The translations under genes were made by a program, and so were the position numbers. DNA of 64,000 bases, from contig CAWHTE010000002.1 of the NCBI GenBank assembly GCA_963832165.1, positions 320,001 to 384,000 of the forward strand, given 5' to 3'. Below, piece after piece: positions 45,191-51,935 of this stretch (position 1 is its first letter; each line of letters begins with the position of its first letter). This stretch comes from an uncultured delta proteobacterium (GTDB lineage Bacteria; Myxococcota_A; UBA9160; SMWR01). The notes below the pieces were generated by a model, which saw only the letters and a program-made list of their open reading frames with translations, had not been told where the DNA came from and searched no databases.

Positions 45191-45564
45191 CCTCGCACAC
45201 TCTCGCAGGCTGCGCCCCGAGTACTGCCGAAGGCGGATCGTGCCGCCTGATCGATCCTGGCGCGCCCCCGCAGGTTCAGCTCGAGCTGATCGCATCGGTG
45301 GACGCGCGCCTGCAGGGCACCGTGCGGATCAAGCCAGACCTCGCTGGAAGTCCGCGATTTCATTGGACCTGGTTTCGGCGTCGAACTCGACACGATTCGC
45401 GGTCCTCGACCGAGCCCGAAACCCCGCGGGCGCACATTTAGTCAGGTAGCCGAACTGGATTCAAATCCAGTTCACGGAAACGATCAGTGCGTTGGTGACT
45501 CCGGCCAGCGCATGTCACCCAGGACGAGCGCCGAGATCGTGACTCCTGTCGGACGACCCGAGCA

Positions 45565-45822
45565 TCACTTGCTGAAGTGTTTGACCAGAAAGAATCGGGC
45601 CAACTGCTCGCCTTCCTCGGTCAACACCACGGACTTCGACTTCGAAACAGGATCTGAGATCCAGCCTCTTTCGAATAGGAGATTCATGAGGTCCCAATCG
45701 AGCGCCTTCCAGACGCGCCCGCCGTGCAGGGTCAGGCCGAGCATGGCGAGCGCGACCTCCGCGAGCTTGTCCGAATCCAGCTCGTCGGGGAGGCGCGCAG
45801 GACGTTCATCATCGTGAGTCAT
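45565..45822 (-). CDS. DUF6429-like small protein (distal cassette)
   Basis: WKALDWDLMNLL.E.G.I.DP..KSKSVVLT.EG. Confidence 0.75.
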   Translation of the reverse strand: MTHDDERPARLPDELDSDKLAEVALAMLGLTLHGGRVWKALDWDLMNLLFERGWISDPVSKSKSVVLTEEGEQLARFFLVKHFSK

Positions 45823-45839
45823 CGTGGTGCTTGCATGTC

Positions 45840-45897
45840 GCATGACGCTGTCACTCAGCCGCCGGCGGAGCCGGTCGGCTCCAGTGGCTGGTTAGAC
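45840..45897 (-). repeat. attC1, short (58 bp), degenerate R' core
   Basis: Minus strand GTCTAAC...GTCATGC with internal palindrome. Confidence 0.7.
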
Positions 45898-46193
45898 GGT
45901 CGTCGGGTTAGGCGCGACAGCAGATACCCCAATAGACGGTGCAATACGAAGACCGGACCCAGCGGAGCGCCGAGGAGCAGCGCCCAAAACAAATAGCCAG
46001 CTCGCGCTCCGGTATCCCAGATCTCACCGAACGGCGGCGCTAGACAGGCACGACGCGCATTGTCATACCCCACGCCAGCGTCCAGGCATGTATCCATGGC
46101 GTTGAGAATGTAGAACCACTGGCATATCCACACGTACAGCGCGAACATAATCAGGCCGAGTGTCACTTGAATGCCCCGGTGCATCTTCGTCAT
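45855..46193 (-). CDS. Cassette-borne hypothetical 2-TM protein
   Basis: Starts 3 nt after the attC2 core; reads into attC1. Confidence 0.7.
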   Translation of the reverse strand: MTKMHRGIQVTLGLIMFALYVWICQWFYILNAMDTCLDAGVGYDNARRACLAPPFGEIWDTGARAGYLFWALLLGAPLGPVFVLHRLLGYLLSRLTRRPSNQPLEPTGSAGG

Positions 46194-46195
46194 CC

Positions 46196-46353
46196 GCATA
46201 ACGGATCGCGGTTGAGCTGCGGCCGCCCCGCGTGTCTCCCAGTATCAATCCGGCGGCTGCTGCGCGTCAACCACCGAACCGGCGGCCGCCGGCCGTGCGA
46301 CCCGGTACAGCAACCAAAGCGGGTCGGCCGTCAGCTGCAATCGATTGTTAGGC
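46196..46353 (-). repeat. attC2 (158 bp)
   Basis: Minus strand GCCTAAC-aatcga-TTGCAGCTGAC...GCAGCTCAA...GTTATGC. Confidence 0.9.
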
Positions 46354-46382
46354 AGCGACTCGTTGCCGGCCGAAGCCGAACG

Positions 46383-46601
46383 TTACTGCTTGGCCGGCAA
46401 GCGACTGGAAATGGTCCAGGTAACAGCCGTGCCAAGGAAGCATGCTACGAAATAGAACCCCCACCTTGCAATTGGGCTCTCCGGGACTCCTCGCCCAAAG
46501 CGGATGATCTCGCCCGGAAGCACGAGATCAACGCAGCCGATGACAACCATCGCCGGGAAAAGGAAGCAAAGAGCTGCGAGATAGGTTCGTGCCGAGATCA
46601 T
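46383..46601 (-). CDS. Cassette-borne small 2-TM protein
   Basis: 72 aa, sole plausible ORF between attC3 and attC2. Confidence 0.65.
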   Translation of the reverse strand: MISARTYLAALCFLFPAMVVIGCVDLVLPGEIIRFGRGVPESPIARWGFYFVACFLGTAVTWTISSRLPAKQ

Positions 46602-46636
46602 GGATTCTCGTTCGGGTGCCTCCGCTCTGCGTGGTC

Positions 46637-46794
46637 GCCTAACGGATCGGCGCTCAGCTGCGAGCGCGCTGACCGCATCGTAACACCACCGAAGCCGCCG
46701 CCAGGCTGCAAGAGCCGCTGGCGAGCGAAGCGAGCCTTAGCGGCGGTCCTTCGACATGCTGCTGGCGCTCGGCAGCTGCAGCGCCTTGTTAGCC
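46637..46794 (-). repeat. attC3 (158 bp)
   Basis: Minus strand GGCTAAC-aaggcg-CTGCAGCTG...GCAGCTGAG...GTTAGGC. Confidence 0.9.
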
Positions 46795-47249
46795 GGCATG
46801 CCTGCATAGGCGCGCGCGACGAAGCCCGAGAACATCGCCATCACCGTTCCCATGAGAACGAGAAACACCGGGTTTGCAAAATTGGGAAATGGTGGTCCGA
46901 TGACAAACGCGACTAAAGCGGACAGGCTGGATGTTGCGTATGCCGCGCAGCTTAAAGCTAAGAGAGCAACGATTGTCTTAGTAGGTTGCGACGGGACGCC
47001 AACTCGAGATACGCGGAGCCGCGACGCAGCAGCAAACAGGTGGAGGGTAAGCAAGCCCGACCCAGCGAAGGATGCAGCAAGCGAACCCGTGCACCACAGG
47101 TTAACGCGTGGGTCTACGTTGCGTACCGCGAACGCGATGTGGGAGATGAGCAGTCCTGTTAGCAAGAGGACCATCACCCTGCCGCCCTTCGCCGAGCGGC
47201 CCCATCTTTCTAGTCTCGCCAGCCGTGAGTCGGACTCAATCCAAGTCAT
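46737..47249 (-). CDS. Cassette-borne 4-TM hypothetical protein
   Basis: Hydrophobic segments; reads into attC3. Confidence 0.65.
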   Translation of the reverse strand: MTWIESDSRLARLERWGRSAKGGRVMVLLLTGLLISHIAFAVRNVDPRVNLWCTGSLAASFAGSGLLTLHLFAAASRLRVSRVGVPSQPTKTIVALLALSCAAYATSSLSALVAFVIGPPFPNFANPVFLVLMGTVMAMFSGFVARAYAGMPANKALQLPSASSMSKDRR

Positions 47250-47274
47250 CGCCAATCGCCTTTGTACCCATGCC

Positions 47275-47430
47275 GGCTAACGGATCGCGGTTCAGCTGCG
47301 GCCGCCCCGCGTGCCTACGAGTTTCAATCGGCGGCCGCCGCGCGTCAATCACCGGACCGGCGGCCGCCGGCCATGCGACTCAGCGCGGCAACCAAAGCGG
47401 GCGGCCGGCAGCTGCAACCGTTTGTTAGGC
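47275..47430 (-). repeat. attC4 (156 bp), close relative of attC2
   Basis: GCCTAAC...GTTAGCC; aligns with attC2 over its full length. Confidence 0.9.
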
Positions 47431-47868
47431 CGCGCCTCTGATGAGGCCGACGATTTGAAGAATGGCAATGAACAGAGCCGCGAAGCCAAAACCAATGGAC
47501 ATGGTCGCCTGGGTCGTGGCCATGCTGCCACTCGCGACTTTCTGCCGCCAGAGGACCCTGCAGCCAGGGGGCGGGAACTCGCCGAACCGAAGTGCCATTA
47601 CGCCAGTTCTGAGGAAGGCCATGCCACAAACAATGAGAACGCAGATCCCGGGCGACATAAGGAGAACTAGGCGTCGATGCAGGGACGCCGCGTATTGCTC
47701 AGACACTGCGCGGGCCTCGGGAACGGAGAGGCCACTAAGGAAGGGAGGATCTGGGAAAAAGGCCTCAGCGTAGTATCGGACCGAGATGAGCCAAGCCACG
47801 AACACCAACGCGGTGCCGATGACGACCGCTTGGTAAACCGGCTGGGGTTCAGAGTGCCTTGTGCTCAT
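47425..47868 (-). CDS. Cassette-borne membrane protein
   Basis: 147 aa, 3 hydrophobic segments, stop TAA inside the R'' box. Confidence 0.72.
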   Translation of the reverse strand: MSTRHSEPQPVYQAVVIGTALVFVAWLISVRYYAEAFFPDPPFLSGLSVPEARAVSEQYAASLHRRLVLLMSPGICVLIVCGMAFLRTGVMALRFGEFPPPGCRVLWRQKVASGSMATTQATMSIGFGFAALFIAILQIVGLIRGAA

Positions 47869-48074
47869 TCTGTGTGCGGCCTAACGGATCGGCGCTCAGC
47901 TGTCGGCTCGCGGCAACCTTCCGCAACCCCACCGAGCTGCCTTGCCAGACTCTACCAGATTCCGCTAAGGCGCAGGCCGGTCATCTGCAGCGCCTTCCAT
48001 GAGAAGGCCAGCCTCGTCAAGTGGCGAATAACATTATTTCGTCTCTTATCACGACGCGCAGGCTCCCGAGTCGA

Positions 48075-48240
48075 ACCACCACCAGGCTTCCATCCGCACT
48101 CTCGATGACCTCGGTCTCGCGAGGTCGGTGCACACTGAGGTCCTTGGGCGTCGGGTGCTGCAATCTTGTTATCGACCTCTCCTTGCGAAGGGCCCGGCGT
48201 TATAACGCAGTCACCCGGACACGGCGGTCTCGATCCATCA
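48075..48240 (-). ncRNA. Candidate bridge/seek RNA of the IS110 element; boundaries approximate
   Basis: Two stem-loops whose internal loops carry TAACAAG (target match, 48165-48171) and ATGGAAG (donor junction match, 48087-48093). Confidence 0.75.
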
Positions 48241-48245
48241 CGGCT

Positions 48246-49346
48246 CTACGCAGCCTGCACGGAAGCGACTCGCACGGGCTCGTAGACCTCTCCCGTCGTC
48301 CACAGACGGTGCAAGAGGACGGCGAGCCGTCTCGCCACCGCGACGATCGCGCGCTTGCGGGCGATGCTCCCTCCGCGCTCCCCCATGCGAAGGCCCGCAC
48401 GTCGCAGATCCGTGTCGGGACCAAAGGGCCCGAGGATGTAGTGCGCAGCACTCACCAACAGACGCCGCAACAGTCGATCCCCTGCCTTCGTGATCCGTAG
48501 CTGGGGATTCTGTTCCCCCGAATCTCGTCGCTTCGGACGAAGCCCGACGTACGCTCCTACTGCGCGGCTCGTCGCAAATCGGCGCGGGTCCTCGATCGTG
48601 AGCACGTAGTACAGCGCCGTGATCGGCCCCACGCCCGGCACCTGGCGCAGCAGCTCCGTCTCCGGGTAGCGCTCTCGGCACAGCTGCTCCACCTCCCGGT
48701 CCATTTGCCGTATCGTCGCGGTGAGCTGCTCGATCGTGTCGAGGAGCGTCTCCAGCCCGGGGAACAGATCCATCGGCGTCGTCGCGCGCACCCGCTTTGG
48801 AAATGCCTCCGTCGAGCTCGCCGGAACACGCGTCCCCAGCGCCTTCGCGAAACCCCGCACCTGATTCACGAGCTGAGTCCGAGCCCGTACGAGCCCATCC
48901 CGCGTCTGGATCAGGATCCGGTCTCGCTGCGCCTGCGCCCCGCGGTGCACGATCGGCTTCAACAGCGACGGATCCATCCGCCCCAGGCGCGCCAACAGCT
49001 CCGCATCGACGCCGTCGCTTTTCGAGTCGTTCTCCGCGATCAGCCGCACTCGGCGCGGATTCGCGACGATCGCCTCGTGCCCGTGGCGAACGACACAGCG
49101 ACTAACCCATGGCGAGTGCGTCCCTACCTCGAGAACAACCCGACTTGGTGGGAACGAAGCCAACCGCTCCGTCATCGCCGGTTCCGTCGTGCGCACCCGA
49201 AATGCCTCGATCACTGCGCCCGCCGCGTCGAGCACCCGTCCCTCGGTCCACCGGTCGCCTAGGTCCAGACCGATCGTCAACCCGCTCGTGATACGATCAC
49301 CCACGCCAGCCTCCTGTTTGGGACCCACTCCGTGGTGAGCCCGCAA
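48246..49346 (-). CDS. IS110-family DEDD transposase/recombinase
   Basis: IGLDLG, VLEVG, KSDGVDA, VPGVGPITA, YVGLRP..RDSG, ITKAGD..LR, AIVAVARRLA. Confidence 0.96.
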   Translation of the reverse strand: MRAHHGVGPKQEAGVGDRITSGLTIGLDLGDRWTEGRVLDAAGAVIEAFRVRTTEPAMTERLASFPPSRVVLEVGTHSPWVSRCVVRHGHEAIVANPRRVRLIAENDSKSDGVDAELLARLGRMDPSLLKPIVHRGAQAQRDRILIQTRDGLVRARTQLVNQVRGFAKALGTRVPASSTEAFPKRVRATTPMDLFPGLETLLDTIEQLTATIRQMDREVEQLCRERYPETELLRQVPGVGPITALYYVLTIEDPRRFATSRAVGAYVGLRPKRRDSGEQNPQLRITKAGDRLLRRLLVSAAHYILGPFGPDTDLRRAGLRMGERGGSIARKRAIVAVARRLAVLLHRLWTTGEVYEPVRVASVQAA

Positions 49347-49403
49347 TCGTTGCAGACCTTCACGGTACTGCGTTCAGGAGGCTGGCCTTCTCATCCCATC
49401 TTG

Positions 49404-49898
49404 TTAGGCCGCCGGCTCGCCGACAAGAAGTTTGCATTCCTCAATGATTGCGGTGTCGATCTCCGCGATCGAGTCTAGATCGTCGTCCTCGACGTCGTCG
49501 TAGTTGTAGAAGAGGCCCACCAAGCGAGCAATGCCGAAGGACTCGCCCAGGTACTCGCCGGGCGGTAGTAGCTCGTCGATCTCGCGAAACACCCGCTCGA
49601 CGATGAAACGTGCGCCCTGCCTAGGTGGGATCTCGCCACCGGCTACTTGAGAGGCATAGTGCCGCTTGAGGACCTCGCCTGCGTGGATTGGAGTGGGAAG
49701 AGGATGACCAAGCTCTCGGAGCGCAGACTCGAACAGGCTTCGGAGAAGGTGCGGATCGGAGCGGGATGTCTCGCCAGCGAGAACAGCGAGCGATTTCGAA
49801 TCAAGACCGCCCTCTAGCCATGCCGCAGCTACGCCTGGCAGCTTTTCAGGCGGCAAAAACCCGAGGACGTGGGCGGCGGTGGATTCGTTCAGGTGCAT
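49404..49898 (-). CDS. Cassette-borne hypothetical protein (acidic C-terminus)
   Basis: 164 aa between attC6 and attC5; stop in the R'' box. Confidence 0.78.
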   Translation of the reverse strand: MHLNESTAAHVLGFLPPEKLPGVAAAWLEGGLDSKSLAVLAGETSRSDPHLLRSLFESALRELGHPLPTPIHAGEVLKRHYASQVAGGEIPPRQGARFIVERVFREIDELLPPGEYLGESFGIARLVGLFYNYDDVEDDDLDSIAEIDTAIIEECKLLVGEPAA

Positions 49899-49907
49899 TT
49901 TCAGGCG

Positions 49908-50021
49908 GCCTAACGGATGGCCGCTAAGCTGCGGCCGCGCGAAATGCTACCACGACCCGCAAGCGCACAGCTGGCCGAGCTGTTGAAGCCCGCGGCCGTC
50001 AGCTTCAGCGGCTTGTTAGAC
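49908..50021 (-). repeat. attC6 (114 bp)
   Basis: Minus strand GTCTAAC-aagccg-CTGAAGCTGAC...GCAGCTTAG...GTTAGGC. Confidence 0.9.
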
Positions 50022-50387
50022 GGCCACTCGCGCTGGTCGCCAGAACTCCACGAAGAACGACGTTCGGCCTGACAGTGCAACGTGGTGCTCTACCTCAGGC
50101 AGCACGATGCCCGGAGACGCCGGGGTGAGCCGCTGACATCGATTGAAAGGTGCATGCACATAATAGTCGATAGGGCCGTGAGTAATCTGGATGCGAGCCC
50201 AGATGCCTCGCTTCGTGGTGTGAAGCTTGAGGAGAGCTTCAGGAACTGAACTCTCATCGAAGTCTGGCGTTCGGTGGTAGGGCTCGTAGCCGAGTGGAAT
50301 CTCGCTGCGATCACATTGGACACAGTCGAGATCTGTTCCGATCCGCGATTGGCGGCCCTCGGTAGTGAGTACCCATCGTCGGTCGGA
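50009..50387. repeat. ~379-bp direct repeat of 50886-51264 (3' part of the first cassette plus the attC end)
   Basis: Offset 877 bp, about five mismatches by eye. Confidence 0.93.
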
Positions 50388-50885
50388 TCAGAAGCGCGGC
50401 GACCCTACCTGCGTGCTGATCACGGCGCGGTCCGTCACGCAAAGAAGGCCAAGACAAACGAACGCGATGTCTGCGGAAACCTGGGCGCTCGAGCGAAAAA
50501 ATGAACGAGCGCGCGGTCACAACAAGGCGGCGGTCGCCCTGGCGAACAAACTCGCGCGGATCGTATGGGGGGTGTGGAAACACGACCGCGCCTACTGCAG
50601 TCCGTCTCAGAGCTAGAAACCCCATCGGCTGATTCGAGCGAACGACGATGATGGCGCACCGGTTCGGACCGGCGCAGGACCAGGCCGACAACAAGCATGG
50701 CCTCAGAGGCCGCTGTCCAGCGATTGGCCCCCTGCGCGCGACTTTCCATCATGGCCCGGAGCCGAGTGCTCCACACACGAGGCCGGAGATACGACTGCAG
50801 TCGAACCCAGCGCCAAAATCGTTCGAAAGGAGCTCCGAAGTAAAAGATCAGCGCGAAGAATCAGATTGACGGAGGAGTCCAGATA
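50388..50885 (+). mobile_element. Partial second IS1111-type element: transposase C-terminus, non-coding region and right end
   Basis: KRGDP..., RGHNKAAVALANKLARIVWGV, stop 50616; end TTGACG...GGAGTCCAGATA abutting CGGCTTGTTAGAC. Confidence 0.85.
50645..50810 (+). ncRNA. Candidate seek/bridge RNA of the second element; boundaries approximate
   Basis: AACAAGC (50690-50696) and TCCAGCG (50716-50722) match both sides of target TTCAG-CG-GCTTGTT; AGATACG (50787-50793) matches the element end. Confidence 0.72.
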
Positions 50886-50892
50886 CGGCTTG

Positions 50893-51366
50893 TTAGACGG
50901 CCACTCGCGCTGGTCGCCAGAACTCCACGAAGAACGACGCTCGGCCTGACAGTGCAACGTGGTGCTCTACCTCAGGCAGCACGATGCCCGGAGACGCCGG
51001 GGTGAGCCGCTGACATCGATTGAAAGGTGCATGCACATAATAGTCGATAGAGCCGTGAGTAATCTGGATGCGAGCCCAGATGCCTCGCTTCGTGGTGTGA
51101 AGCTTAAGGAGAGCTTCAGGAACTGAACTCTCATCGAAGTCTGGCGTTCGGTGGTAGGGCTCGTAGCCGAGTGGAATCTCGCTGCGATCACATTGGACAC
51201 AGTCGAGATCTGTTCCGATCCGCGATTGGCGGCCCTCGGTAGTGAGTACCCATTGTCGTTCGGAGAAGGGCGGGCCGTGCCGCGTGTGTCGGCGGTGTCC
51301 GCACGCAAGCTCGGCAACCCATTCGGAATCGATGTCTTCGGCAAACGCGACGATCGGTCGATTCAT
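50893..51366 (-). CDS. First cassette: DUF3565-like N-terminus fused to a DUF1971 (TehB/YeaR-like cupin) domain
   Basis: WVAELACGH..H.RH.PP...R.WV...EGR...LDC..CD followed by RTPDF.E.SVP.ALL..HTTK.G.W...PEVEHHV...FFVEFW. Confidence 0.78.
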   Translation of the reverse strand: MNRPIVAFAEDIDSEWVAELACGHRRHTRHGPPFSERQWVLTTEGRQSRIGTDLDCVQCDRSEIPLGYEPYHRTPDFDESSVPEALLKLHTTKRGIWARIQITHGSIDYYVHAPFNRCQRLTPASPGIVLPEVEHHVALSGRASFFVEFWRPARVAV

Positions 51367-51383
51367 TGATTGTGGGAATGGCC

Positions 51384-51545
51384 GTCTAACTTGAATTCGA
51401 CAGGTCTGCGTAACACCCGGCACACAGCAGAGAAGCTGGCGTAACACGGGCGCAGGAGAGATATACCACGCGTGAAGCCGCCGTATCGCCAGCGTTTGCA
51501 AGCGGCAGCGGCGGTAGGTTCCGGCGTTGGGCAGGTCTGCGTAAC
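51384..51545 (-). other. attI-like site with direct repeats
   Basis: GTTAGAC core with no matching inverse core; CAGGTCTGCGTAAC at 51401-51414 and 51532-51545, GCGTAACAC at 51439-51447. Confidence 0.6.
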
Positions 51546-51653
51546 GCCGCCCGGGCAGGGGCGATCGCGTGTACTGCGCTCGGCGTGTCGCGCCCTCGTC
51601 GCGCCGGGAGTGGGAGGGGCGAACGAAGCCGCGGAACGCGGGTTTCACCCGCC

Positions 51654-51923
51654 CTACGCGGTCTCGGTGATCAACCGGTCGATCGCGTGAACGGGCGCAT
51701 CGTCGCCCTTCATGAGATGCGCGATCGCGGCATACACGCGCTGCTGCTGCACGACCCGGCCCTGCTGCGCGAACGTCGCCGATACGACGCGAATCTCGAA
51801 GTGTCCGCCGCCGTTCGCGCGCACCTCGACGCGCGCGTCGGGAAACGCCGCCGCGATCGCCCGCTCGAGATCGCGCGCCGTGTCGCCGGACGAGCTCGGT
51901 GAGGAGAGGATCTGGATCGGCAC
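51654..51923 (-). CDS. BolA/IbaG family protein
   Basis: GGHFEIRVVS..F....V.QQQRVY...HA. Confidence 0.9.
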   Translation of the reverse strand: MPIQILSSPSSSGDTARDLERAIAAAFPDARVEVRANGGGHFEIRVVSATFAQQGRVVQQQRVYAAIAHLMKGDDAPVHAIDRLITETA

Positions 51924-51935
51924 TCGCCTCCCGGA

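Larger units (their letters stand above)
47997..49402 (-). mobile_element. Intact IS110-family element (IS1111-type layout) inserted in attC5
   Basis: 17-bp sub-terminal IR (47999-48015 / 49378-49394), CTT core at both junctions, ~250-bp non-coding region downstream of the transposase. Confidence 0.93.
47879..49409 (-). repeat. attC5 (125 bp reconstructed), split by an IS110-family element
   Basis: 47879-47996 plus 49403-49409 rejoin to ...CTGCAGCGCCTT|GTTAGGC. Confidence 0.88.
45565..51545 (-). mobile_element. Integron gene-cassette array with no integrase in the window (CALIN-like)
   Basis: Six attC sites separating single co-oriented, lower-GC ORFs; complementary cassette ends. Confidence 0.9.

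Noticed and set aside
46598..46807. Small ORFs over attC sites (46598-46807, 47225-47428, 47311-47670)
   Set aside because: They are translations of attC palindromes or antisense to cassette genes.
45840..51545. CRISPR array or REP cluster
   Set aside because: The repeats are long imperfect palindromes with RYYYAAC/GTTRRRY ends separated by whole genes, i.e. attC sites; no cas genes are present.
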